Positions 41,589 to 54,006 of a stretch of 64,000 bases of DNA are shown here, piece by piece. The notes under the pieces were generated by a model, which saw only the letters and a program-made list of their open reading frames with translations, was not told the origin of the DNA and did not search any database. This stretch comes from Catajapyx aquilonaris (taxonomy: Eukaryota), in contig KZ538107.1 of assembly GCA_000934665.2 (NCBI GenBank), positions 62,001 through 126,000 on the forward strand. The letters run 5' to 3'. Numbering within the stretch: position 1 is the first letter of the stretch; every line of letters begins with the position of its first letter. A program made the position numbers and the translations under genes.

Positions 41589-42288
41589 GTAAGTATAATG
41601 GTAGCTGAGAGCTCAGGGCTAACCTTAAGCCTTCAAAACTGCCCTACATGGTCATATAAAAAGTTTTGGTAGGCCCGGACGTCGTGGCCTCGTTTACTTA
41701 CGCCATTTCTCTGTTGAGATATCCTTAACTCATTTTTGACTTTCTTTTATCTAGCCTCGGTGTCACGCTGTCATAAAAGCAAAGCTTGCGAGATTCCCTT
41801 CTACAGTATATAGTTGGGCCGTATTCAAACTTTAGCCAGCAAATGAGGAGTGTAAAACATGTTTAAGTGACATTTTGCCGAATTTGGGACTCAGACTGTA
41901 AAGATGTTATACGACGTGTAGAATCAGCACTTTACGAGTCAGCTCATGTTTATTTGCACAAATGGCAGACAGCGAGCCGGGTATTTACCGGAATCCATTA
42001 ATGAGGTAATGATATACCAGATCCTACATTACTACTTACAAGGTGATAAAATGTTTTGCCTCCAATGATGCTAAGTGTTGAACTGCCAACATTACAATTC
42101 TACTTCACTCACATGAACCTATTCCCAAGCAATATCACCCCCCCATTCCCAAACCTCTTATACGACGATGAAAATATTCCTGTCCGCACCACACCTATTC
42201 AAGATGCCGTACATTGCAGTATTGTCATAGGACTAGACGTCAGCACAAATATATTCGTCCGTGACGAGACTGCTCCTTCCTCCTGCAG

Positions 42289-42411
42289 AACATACGTGTC
42301 GGGACTTCAAGTGCAAGAAGAACGAATTCTGCATCGACAAGGACTTGATGTGCGACGGTGTCAATCATTGTGAAGACAATTCGGACGAGCTCACCAGCGC
42401 CCTCTGTACTC
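42289..42411 (+). CDS. loaf: CUB-LDLa membrane protein, exon 4 (LDL-receptor class A module)
   Basis: cctgcag|AA ... ACTC|GTGAGT; KHTCRDFKCKKNEFCIDKDLMCDGVNHCEDNSDELTSALCT with six Cys and C-D-G-x-x-x-C-x-D-x-S-D-E; phase 1-1. Confidence 0.95.
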
Positions 42412-43005
42412 GTGAGTACACCACGTTCTTTTTCGCATGTTTCATAATCAAAATGGCTGCCTGTACAAAGCAGGATCAGTTGTCAAACTGTAGTAACGTT
42501 GTCAAACATCGTCAAAGACCAAGTCGTTTAACAGTTATCTGAACAATCAATGCAAAAATAATTAACTAGACAAAGCTCCATCAGCGCCTTTGTTGTGGAG
42601 TAAGAAAGTGCAGAGCAGGGTGGGTAAAAATCCTGCCATCTCGTGAACCGATTGAAGATGAAAGAGAAGCGATATGTTGACAGAAGGGGTCGGCTGACAG
42701 CTCCTTCCTCATGTCAAAGAGAAAAGGAGCCGTGAGAAGAGAAGGCATCTCTTCTGCTACCTCCCCTCAACTCCTCACCCTTCCAAGGAAAAAAAAGACA
42801 AGAGAAAAAGAAGGGGGGGAAAAAATAAAACCCCTGTTCCGGACCAAAGTGTCGGAGGAAAGTGTTTCTCTCTTCGCTTGTCTTCGCCCTGGTACAGACT
42901 TTGTGATTTCTGATTCTGCTCTGACAGCAATTAGTGCACGCCGATGATAATGAATTTTGGAGTAGAAAGACAGGAGCAGGGGAGAGGAGCTGGGGAGGGC
43001 TAGAA

Positions 43006-43235
43006 GGAGGAGGAGGAGGAGGAGGAGGGGTTTTAATTTTCCCGCTACTTTGTTCGAATGTCATGGAGTTTTTGACTGGGCGCGGAACAGAGTGGAAGTA
43101 AACTACCTAATTGTCAGCCGTTTCTTTAGATTGCGACAAACACTCTTCAAATGAAATCCAGTATAAACACGAGCGGAAATAAATTATGGCCCCTCGTTCC
43201 GGAGGAGGAGGAGGAGGAGGAGGAGGAGGAGGAGG
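43006..43235. repeat. Two (GGA)n microsatellites
   Basis: (GGA)n runs at about 43006-43029 and 43201-43235 in intron 4. Confidence 0.9.
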
Positions 43236-46200
43236 TGATTTTGGACAATTTCATTTGAAGAAGCAGTAATCATCGTCTCTAATGAAAAAACGAGCAGAAT
43301 TAATTGGAATATTGTTTGTTGTACCGTGATGAAATTTGCAGTACTGATTCACTCGGTTTCGTGTCTTGTTGTAAATGCACATTGTCAGAGAATTTTTACA
43401 GTGACCAGTAATTGGCAAGGCAAAGAGTAACCTGATCATTATAACAATAATTGTACAATAGTTGCCACTTTTATTATTCTCACACAAACTTCTGCAGTCT
43501 ATTTTGCGCTGACTTCTGCAGGTGTCACAACAGACTCTACAAGTGCCATTGTAAGAGTCCTCATCATACAACTCATATGTATTTAGGACACGCATTAGGA
43601 TGTAACTTCATAATATGTCTTAATTACCGTATACTCTGTCTAGGTAAGTTGTATTTCACAGCATCCAGCGCATTTTAAATATTCGGTAATGGCCGTCACT
43701 CTCCATGTAATCCAATTATTATAGTTCGCATAGTGGGATGTAGGTTGTGCCGATCTGCACCCGACAAGATCGACTTTAATCCGTTGGTATGCAGTGAAAT
43801 TTAGCTCAAAATTCCTCCACACAGGACACGCACGGCACACATGGTGGCGTTTAATAAGCGACTTTGTGCGTTGCTTCGTGCGAAGTAGCCACCAAGCCTC
43901 TCTACCCAACCTATTATTAATGTTGACCTTGCGTCTGTCTACTCTAGAATTATTCCAGACCACACAGTTACATCAAAAATATCTAGGTACATACGCACGT
44001 AGGTCGGTACTAAAAATGACCCCAGAAATCCTAGAAGTTCCGGACATTGCGGTTTGTATACGTATATACAGTATAATTATGTACAGCCGGTCTGCTTACG
44101 GTGTTCTCATTTTGTTGCTAGTAGGGTAAGAGCATAATACTTATTTATTTAAACTACATTGAAATAATAATAAAAAGTTCCCCGAAAAATTGAAACTTGT
44201 TTAAAATTAATGTAGACCCAGCACATTTTTTTTATTATGCAATATTTAATATAGCCTACTGATGTTTCATTGGGCACTTTCTCGATCTATTATGTTACGG
44301 CTTTTTATCAACAAAATCATTGCCTTTAAAAGATCGTGATAAGATCGTCAATTAATGTTGAATGTTGGATTAGCCTAATTTTGAAACGAAAGCACGTATA
44401 TGCCAGAGACATGAAAATGTTGTTACTTCCACTGTATGGAATAGATTACAATGTCATATATGCGCAGAAGTGTTACAAGCTACATATTCAAATGATGATA
44501 CTGTATAAGTTATGACTCGTGAGTACGACAAAAATTGTGCGGAATGGAAAATCTGCGAAGCCTATTATGCACCTAATTGAAGCAGGCCCTTCCCATACTA
44601 AAATCCAGATCCCACCGAGCCACGCTACACACCACTGTTGGAATTTCTAGTGTTGATGTGGTACGCTGGAATCTGTCAAAACTGTAGGTTGCAAAGGACA
44701 CTTAGGCAATATTATAGGAAATATGCACAGTACATGTTTTGCTACGGAAAGATTTTTGGCGCTAAAGGTGCTTCAGTATATCAATTAAAAAGTGAAAGGC
44801 TGTAATTTTGAAAGCGATGGGATATAACGAACCAGGGTTGTAATTTTGCATTGTTTTCGTTTCAAATATATATGCAGAAGGAGCGAAGTGTTTCTATTAT
44901 GAATTTTGCAGTGGCAGTACTGTATATTATGCTTCTTTTTAGAGTTGGACACACTGTGTAGTTTATTATCAGGTTTGTTATACCAAGAGGATTCATTATC
45001 TCCTGGTACTTCATAGCTTCCAATTGAATACAGTAGACTACTGCACTATCCCAGAGACATTACACTGTCAATAAATAGTGTAAAATCACTAATATCATTC
45101 TAAAATAAACTATAGGGTAATTTCGTCAAATATTCCTAAGAAGTAGTGGAACAATGGAAGTAGTTCAGACTCAGAAGTGAGCACCTTTCGCACCACCCTG
45201 TGAAGCTGATGTAGTTGACGCCATATGCAACTCTAAAATATCAACACTACTTTATAAATTAAAATGAATTATTTTTAAGGAACTTTTCACGGCTATTTGG
45301 AGCTTGAAAAAGTATCTAAAATATATTATAACATGAAGGCAACGAGATCTCTATCTGATATATCAGGCAACACTTCCATCTCTTTGCATTGCACCTTTCG
45401 CAGCAAAATATTAGTTAAAAAACCAAATCATAGCCAGATTTCATATACGAATCCTGTCCCTCAGTGTATAGCAAGTCTATATAGCACAATGATGCCTCCA
45501 AAATATAACTTGTAAGGTACAACTTAAGGCATGACAAGGCCTCGAAAAGTAACTAGAGTCGGTTGAGCCAAGCTGGGCTTCTGAAGTGTTGCGGCATCCT
45601 AAAGTTTGCAAAACTCTGCCAGGGCTCGTCTGCTTGCCAATCTTCCGGTTATCTCACAAACCGTCGACGTCGCTTCATCGACGCCTTCACCCATTAATAC
45701 CCCCCTTGGCGGCTGTGCCTAATTGAACCATTTTGTGACAACGCATCGACAACCGAGCCGGGGTTTCTACTCCCTAATTTGAGAATTTACACGCGATAAA
45801 AGTCATGCTCTTCCAACTTTAGTCCGCAAGGCAAAACGGGGGACATGCAGCAAAAGCGACGTGGGTAAACGGCTGCTGGGTCAACAGAGCGTCAAAAATT
45901 AAGTCTGCGGGCACTGCCAAGTAATGCGATTACTACGATGTACTTGCTGGAATGACCGGTCAATTCGAAGAGTGAAGAGAGAGAGGGAAGGTTCATTTTG
46001 CGCGAGTTTTCTATGGGTCGTCTACAGTATCACTGTAATACTGCACTGTAGGTACTGTAGTGTAGCTTGTGAATGTGCGGTACAATTGGTGCTGTACTTC
46101 CATAGTTTTCCAAACCTGCTGTCCCGTTCGTATAATGTGTGTATAATGATGACATGGATGGAAAACATCGGTAGGTATTCAGACAAGTGTAACTATGCTG

Positions 46201-46830
46201 ACAGTTCTGGGGCTCTCTACGGGACCACGGTACATTGTGGAGCATATTGCTACACTCCCAACCTGGTATACAGTACGTTTCAACTGAATAGCAAGCAACT
46301 GGACTTTTGCAACAAAAAGTTAATTACCGGTGTTTTGGATGGAGCTTCTCTCTTTATGAATCGCACTCATCATGTTAATTAATACTTACATTGTAGATGC
46401 TCTTTTAAAACTAACATTGACATGGGTGTAATAATGGAGGGCTCAAGGATAAAAAAATAATCCCATCCTAACGCAGACTTTTGTCAATATTTGTGTTGAG
46501 CTAAAATGCACATAAAAATCAGGAATGTTGCCACATTTGACGCAATGTGATGAAGTTAGTCTGTTATTTTGCCACGAAGTAAACTACATCGTGTTGCACA
46601 TAATTGTCTGAGTACCATAGCAGCCACTCTCAGGTACGACGAAGCCTTTTAAATGAACAAAAGCTTACTCGACGCTGCAAGTACAAAAAACTGGTAAAAC
46701 TTGGTTTCAAATATGGTAATGAGGCTTCAAAATATTCTGCATGAGGAAATAGTTGGATTTTTCCACAACTTACATCGTATATGTAATTGCTACCCTACCC
46801 AGCTGTACTAACATTTCCTTGGTCCCACAG

Positions 46831-47001
46831 ACAATGACCTGGACAACGTATTCGGGCTGAACTTCTCGGTGTTCGTGGGCATTGTGGTAGGCATCGTGTT
46901 GGTGTGCTGCGTGTGTGTGGGTGGAATAACCGTGTGCATGAGCAGAAGGCGCTGCCAGGCTCGTCACCCAACCCAGCAGGCTTCACCTGGCACCTATCCA
47001 T
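46831..47001 (+). CDS. loaf: CUB-LDLa membrane protein, exon 5 (transmembrane helix)
   Basis: Branch site TACTAAC 46806-46812, cccacag| acceptor, T|GTAAGC donor; HNDLDNVFGLNFSVFVGIVVGIVLVCCVCVGGITVCMSRRRCQARHPTQQASPGTYP is a TM segment followed by a basic stop-transfer RRR. Confidence 0.9.
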
Positions 47002-48062
47002 GTAAGCTTATGTCTCATTTCCTCCCATGCGAGCCGTACCTACGCTTATTAAATACTAATCCAAAAAAAAAGCTGTCACGGGTCACATAAAAGTGGTTTG
47101 CCTGCGTTTAATTAGCAAGATTTTGCTTAGAAATTAAAATTTGTTTCGTGCAGGATTACCAGAGGGTTGGCTTGAACGTTTGGCTAGACAAGTCATTTGC
47201 ATAATTTTTTAGGCGGCTGCAATGGAAAGCAAGTTATCAAGATGCACGATAATGCCCTTAACTTTCCATCGCAGACTACATCCGAATACGTGAGATTAAA
47301 AAGTGGAAAAATAGAAGAAGAAAAAAATTACTAAAAAGAAATGGCAAAATTATATCGTGGCATTGTTCTGTACATTATGAGAACGCCAGTTCGTTACAGC
47401 ACATTTTAGACTTGAAATATTTCACGGAAGACGGCTTTGTAATGCATATTCAAATTATGCCAATTATGATTGTAATATGAACTTCTCTTTAACCAGAACT
47501 TTGTGACTCCCGCTGTGTTAATATTTGCCACACACAGCTTAACGTCAACCTATTGCAATGCTTGCCAATTTCCTGATGGAGAAGCTTTTGGTACTATACA
47601 TATTTCATTAGGTTGTAGAATAGTATTCATACTACACTTCGTGCTAACTCATGTCGTAGAGTGACAACAATTATTGATCAACCTAAAGCGACTCAAATTC
47701 AGAACTAATTTTCAGGCCTACGTTGTGTACAGCCGCCAGCACTATAGGGCTTGGCACAGGCTTGGAAATGAAGGCCGTTTTACCCTGTGTGGATCATATG
47801 GAAGGAAGCTACATTCATTTCCAAGCCTGTTTGGTTTCGGCGGGGTGATGCGGGTGGTCTACCTTTCAGGTTATCAGGTCTGGTATCCTCACTGTGCTGG
47901 CGTCTGTACTGAAACAACCTAACAATGTATTATTATCACAAGCTTTTACAGGAGGCAAGTTTAATCCCTCAATTTAGTGTCAGCCAATAATATAGTTTGT
48001 AGTTATGACGTTTCTCATCTAAGAGAGGCATTGCAATTTGTTTGTTGCTCCTCCTCGGCCAG

Positions 48063-48238
48063 TGCAACAGTCGTTGGGGTCAAACGGAGCGCCACTGGAG
48101 AAGACGTTAACATATCCGGGCGCTACGTGCGTATTGCCCCCGTCCTTAAACACCAGCTCGGGAAACCTGTATCCCCCTGCGGGAGGCCTCCTCGGGTACA
48201 TCGTGCTCCTGGCCCATTGCTACTACCTGGTAAAGTGA
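48063..48238 (+). CDS. loaf: CUB-LDLa membrane protein, exon 6 (cytoplasmic tail to first TGA)
   Basis: Pyrimidine tract plus ccag| at 48062 in phase 1; LQQSLGSNGAPLEKTLTYPGATCVLPPSLNTSSGNLYPPAGGLLGYIVLLAHCYYLVK*. The exon likely runs on to donor CAG|GTAAAT at 48258. Confidence 0.65.
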
Positions 48239-49982
48239 AGAGCTCCGGCTCTGACAGGTAAATCACTTCTTTATTCGTGAGTATCATGAAAGAAATGTCT
48301 GGACAACTCAATGTCTGGCGGTACCTGATAGCACCTGAATATCCACACTGTGATGTCATATGTGCCCGAAAAGTAGCCTAAACAAAAAAAAAAAGTAATG
48401 TCCACTTTTGCAGCCAGTTCGTGCAAATTTTGCTTCCGCTTTTGACTTGGATCCGCCTTTTTGATTTATTGTCGGATTTTCTGGGCGGCTTGACTCTTTG
48501 GGCTTTCGACTCCCAATTCTGGTCAGGAAGCTCTCTATTCATTGGGCCTTACCGCCGCCTCCGAATTCATCAGCGGAATTTCTCAAATTATGGCTCAGTC
48601 GTGAGTTTGGTCTGGAAGATCTTTTGCTCATAATAGGACGGATCGTGGTTTTAAGTCAGTCGGCGCGACGTAGACAAAAGGTCTCTTGCAAGCCTGTTTA
48701 AATCCTCAGCCTTTCGGGGGTATAACTTCTGAGAAAAGCGACTTAACGGTGCATAATTTTACATTCATTCCTGACGCTGCAAAAATTTCGGATCTATACT
48801 TGAAAGGAAAGGTAGTGGAAGATAAGAAGTTCCCTACAGCTGTAATTCTAATTACTTCTCAATCGCATTTCCTCTCGTGGAAAGTCAAAAGTTTATTTCC
48901 GATGTCGGCGCACTTTTGTCACCTGGATGATTACTATGTTGTCAATTTGATGGAACTCATTTTGGAATCATTAATAGAATGAGCCACTAATTGATTGCAA
49001 GTGAACAGGTGTTTTGCCTTTTGCGTGGCATGATTCATTTAACGTGGTAGCATATTATTACGCTATATCTGTGCTACCTCAAGAAATTATTTAACTCGTT
49101 CATCTCTATTTTCGGATTTCGCCTACTCTAATTCATGTAACTTCAATGACGACGTTACATGAATGAGTGTGTGTATGTGATTAAAATGCAAGCCTCTAAC
49201 TTTTGCATAAAAGGAATTTTCAAACATATTCGATATTAATGTAGCTTATACAGTACAGTAGATGAAAAATCGCGGCTGCAGTCCCTTCAATGTTGTAAAA
49301 TGTATGAACGCATTAAATATCTTATACTGACTGCCATTCAACTTTGCCATTACAGCGATGTGTCCTCCAGCCAAAAGGACGAATGGTTTGTGTAGGTAAG
49401 TTACAAAAGGCCAAATTTGATTTTGTTCGGTGCATGCGGTATAAAAACCACACATCGTGGGCACAAGTGAAACACACCAAGTCTAATTTTGGCTGTTTTT
49501 AGTTATATTTGAGACTACCTGGTACATATCAATTTTTCTGCTTCATCGCCTAGTGAAGTCCATGTAGCCAGGAATCTAGGATTTTCCTTATTAACTTACA
49601 TGTACACAACTGCCAGGTCAAATCTTTGACTTCAATTATTTCGAAAATGATTTTTTTAGACTAGGGTGTTTCGTTTGTATGCCAAATATAAGTATTATAT
49701 GAAAAAAAATGTATTTTCTCATTAATGTTCCAATAATGTATGCAAGGCTGCAAACTCTCATAAATCTTAATCGCAGTATAGTGATAAATTCATAATTAGT
49801 TTCCAAAAATAAGGCTTACAGAAGGATTGTGGAAAATACTTCGAATGGTCAGCATTAATGACATATACTGTAAATATGTCGAAAGCAAAAAAAAGGCAAA
49901 TAAAATAATTCTGCAGCACGATGCTGTGTGCAAATAATTCAAGCTTTTGAAGGACTAACGACCACTTCTGCTTTGTTTACAG

Positions 49983-50038
49983 CTTTGGGTCTGGTGCCAC
50001 AACTTTTCCTCTCGCAGGGTGGACCCGCCGCAGTCTGA
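49983..50038 (+). CDS. loaf: Putative terminal exon, alternative C-terminus xLGLVPQLFLSQGGPAAV*
   Basis: Branch site GACTAAC 49953-49959 and ctttgtttacag| acceptor; phase-1 frame compatible with both the exon 5 donor (47002) and the exon 6 donor (48258). Could instead be entirely 3' UTR. Confidence 0.45.
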
Positions 50039-51020
50039 CAGTCAAGTACCCCTGCAGACTGCACCGCGAGAAAACATTCCTTTCTTTTTACTGCATCTGG
50101 TATGCCTCCTAACACCACCAACGTCACCTTCATCACAGGAGGTGATTTGCCATCGACGGTGTCTTTTTTCGTCTTTTTTTGGTCAGTCTTTATAAGGCAT
50201 TTATTTCCTATGCAGTGGTGGTCCAGTACATTTTTTCCCAACAAAGTTCATCAAATATTTGTGAACGGTACATAACGACATATTTTAGAATTCTGAAGGC
50301 TAAATGTTGCGTTGTTTCTATAGAAGCTTCAAGGGTCTGTTTTTCATATATTCGAGTATATTATTTTTACCAGTGTATGAACCAGTGTATTTCATATATT
50401 GTTAGTTTTTTGAAAAGGTGTGTGCCAATAATGTGGTTGCAACAATGCTGGGCTTTGTTACCCCCCTTTATGATTTTAAGCAGTTAGTGTTTCTCTCCAG
50501 CTGTGTGTAGCGGCTGCAGGTGACGATGGTGGAATCCGAGAAAAAAAAAACTGTCCAAATGCAACTTAGTTGGAACTACAAGTTTCTAACCCGCAACATT
50601 TGAAGAAGAAAAAAATTAATAATAATACAGGGAAGATTAGTGCAGCTACTCTGAGTGTGTGTGTGTGCGTGTGCGTGTGATGCAGAAGACGCTACTTTAT
50701 CAAGTGCCTGTGTGCAAAATTCCGTGCAAGTGAACATGGCGATGGAAATGGAATTATCACCAAACAAGTGGCGGTGGTGGTTGGTTTTACAAAAAAAAAA
50801 ATACCATGGGTTTCTGGTTTTGTCCATTCCATTCCCCATCCCCAACCCCCCATATCGTCACCGCCCCCGATAAAAGCAGCAGCAGCAGCAACACTGCATT
50901 GTTGACCCTATCTGCAGGAGCTGTTGCCAGTCTCCTTATAATTCCCATCAGTGTAAACTAATAGATATGATTCATCGTCGCTGAAAAAATGTGTCGACTT
51001 TTTTTTTTGTCAAAATTTCC

Positions 51021-51108
51021 TCAGGGTGTTTCTTATTGTTGATCCGATTCAAGGTGTATGGTTGCTGTTAAGGGTAGTGGAATTGTCGCACCGTAAGAAA
51101 CACCCTGA
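51021..51108. repeat. Short inverted repeat / mini-MITE in the presumed 3' UTR
   Basis: Perfect 15-bp arms TCAGGGTGTTTCTTA (51021-51035) and TAAGAAACACCCTGA (51094-51108). Confidence 0.65.
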
Positions 51109-53989
51109 AAGACAAAACGAAATTGGTACTTTTTGCAAAATTGTTGATGTGCTTATTGGGATGTACCTAACACCTCGCTGCTGATAGGGCTGTTTGAGAG
51201 CGTTAAAAAAACCACATCCTTCACCTTTTGTGTTTCAATGTGCTGAGAATGCCATTCAAAACTTAACAACACAAAGGGAAAAAAAAACATTTAAAACGCA
51301 GATATTAGAAAACTACAGTATTCATAGTACAAAAAACCCACCCTTGAAGTTATTCTCAATATAGACGACATTGTGATTGCAATTCATATCAGCATCGCTC
51401 GTGCTTGCTTCGACCCTCAGCGTGGAATATTTAAAGAAATGCAAAAAATGTCATTTGGAAAAATGGGTTAGAATTTTAGGAACCGCCCCATCCCCTCCCC
51501 TCCCCAATATCCATTCCTCTCCCTAATTCCACCAACCTAAAACTCTTCAATGTGATCTCGACGTAGACTTTTTTGTGGATGTGTATGCTGCTGCTTCGCT
51601 TATAATCAGAGCATAAAGTTCCAATTTCCATTTGGGCAATAATAAGTACATTTTAAAAAACTCTATTGATGATGAGGCTGCACAGACTTTATTGAGTGTT
51701 GAGGGCAAGTTCTAGGCAAGCTTTAATACGATGTTACATCACCTGGTTTAACCAGAGCCGCACTTATTGAGAGAAGCAGGAAAGAATATTCCTCACCGTC
51801 GTAACTGCCAGGATTTGTTATGTTTGCCCTTTGTTACAGTTCGTTTTTTTTTTTTTTTGTAAAGGGCTACTCTAATATACCCGTCAGTCATTATACCATT
51901 ATTTTGTCGTAAAGGTGGGCATTTATTGTCAACATATGGGTCTCTTGAGCTTGTACATGTCGAGGATTTTGTAAATCCAACATGGCCTCTGCTCTGTTGC
52001 ACTTGACGCATGACTAAATATGGCGCCTATCATTTGGCGCCACATTGTGTGCTTTATGTTATTGCTCATAAGCAAAAAAAAAAAAAAACAGCTGGTTAGT
52101 CGTTGCAGTTTCTTATGTGTTGTGGCGAATATTGAAACATGACATGATGTACTACTACTCTAACATTTGGTGGGAAAAAATTCTGGCTAGATTTTTTTTT
52201 AGAGACAGTCAAAGAATGTGGATTAACTAGAAAGAAACGTCATGTGATAGCCGGTGGTAGCTTGCAAATGGCATTGTGACTATTGTAAATGTAGGCTATT
52301 TGATCCATGGGGTAGGGCATGTGCCGATGCAACTGCACAGTCATACGAGTTAGAAAAAAAAAATGTATGTAGGATACGCGTGTACAATTTTGACTTCAGA
52401 AAAAAAAAAATAAGTTACGTAGAAAATCGGCGTGGTGCAACAGAGCTTTGGAAACTAACTGGCAAAATACCGACTGTACCTCAATAGTTTACTCTTTGTG
52501 AACTTGTGATATTGCGATGCCAACTTCTATGGTGAAAGGCCACGATTGTGGCTTGACACGTAGATTTTTTTTTTCTCCCGACGAAAGTGTCACAACCAAG
52601 CCATGTACAAGTCCAATGAAGCCTAATATCTTAGCACGGCGCCCCTCCAACAGCACAAGATGATTGAACAGGGTATTTAAAAAAAAACCTGTGGCAACAA
52701 CCCTCCTTCCCCCTCCCCTCCTTTACACCAAGAGATTTCTCAGAAAAGTAGGATTTTTCTGGCCACCAAAAAATATTTAGTCCTCCGAGCATTCTGTGTG
52801 AGACCTGTTCCGTTTGTACAAAACAATGCCTTTACAGTATTGTATTCATTATATCCACGCGCAGACTGCAAGTTAATTAAGGGAGAAAAAAAATCATTTC
52901 CCCCAAACCTTGTCTAACCTACCCTAACCCAACTCAGATGCGTAAATGTTTTCGTGTGGTGTGGCCACTTTGTCTCATGGAAATGCGTGTCCCTAAACTT
53001 AACTTTGAACTTTAAAAAAAAGGAATCTCTTAGCCGTTCCATAAAGAGAAGAAGCCAGCCTGTTGCGTTTGATCTGTCAACAATAAATCGCCGCAGTTAA
53101 GCAGTGTACGGTACAGTACCTTTTTTTTTAATCGCGCCGAGTGAGCAGGGATAGATCTCGTGACAATTATTTTGTCGCAAAGAGTGAATCGTATTGTTTG
53201 TTTATCAGTAATACCTTCCAAACGTTGTACTGCCATATCCAGTGAGATCTGCATAACCTTGCTTTCATTTTACCATCTGTGGGGTCACTCAGCGATGTCA
53301 GCGCTTGCTTATGAAGACTTTTTGAACGCTATCCGTATAAATGCGACGCATATTTCGATTACTGTGAAAAAATGGAATGTTGATGTCGAGTGGCCGATAG
53401 CTGATATGTAAAATTTTTACTTAGTTTTTGTACGGTACTGTACACGATTTTGGATATTTTGGCAACACTCAGTTAGGGTGCCGAACCTCGACAACAAACA
53501 CGATTCCATATCAGAAGAGCATATCAAATGTGGCAGCATAAAAATATCCTACATTTTATATTCGTTTGGGAAGACGAACAACTTAAATGAGCGAATCTAT
53601 CAGTTGGGGGTTGCTGTAAAAAAAAATTTTGATCAAAATAAATCGTTTCTTTTTCCCTCATTGGCCCTTTTCTTGCTGCAACCCCACCGAGTTTCTGAAA
53701 TATCATCGTTTCAAAAAAGTTGAGTCAATCGACGTTGCCACATTGCCTTCACTGGCTTCTTCAGTATCAATCAAGATGGTACAGGATTAGGAATCACAAC
53801 TCAGTTTTAGAGTATAAGTACGAGCGCCTTTGGCACTTGATAAAAAAAATACACGAAATGATGTATTGTGTGGATTGTTTTGATATAACCTGTAGACTAA
53901 CGTCGGTTTCAAAAATGAAGTAAGGAATCTCCAAAGGCGCTTATAATGTGAACAAAATTCCTACAATCCCATATATTCCACTCCAAAAA

Positions 53990-54006
53990 AATAAATAAAA
54001 AATAAA
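53990..54006 (+). terminator. Clustered AATAAA, candidate poly(A) signal of a roughly 4-kb 3' UTR
   Basis: Three AATAAA hexamers (53990, 53994, 54001) after an A/T-run-rich UTR-like region. Usage is inferred. Confidence 0.3.

Noticed and set aside
45924..46382. 152-aa intronic ORF
   Set aside because: No recognisable motif, Cys/Tyr-rich random composition and no convincing splice context.
48071..48257. Alternative acceptor (caacag|) giving the frame FVGVKRSATGEDV...SSGSD
   Set aside because: Possible and stop-free, but the first AG after the pyrimidine tract (48061-62) is normally preferred; ranked lower rather than excluded.
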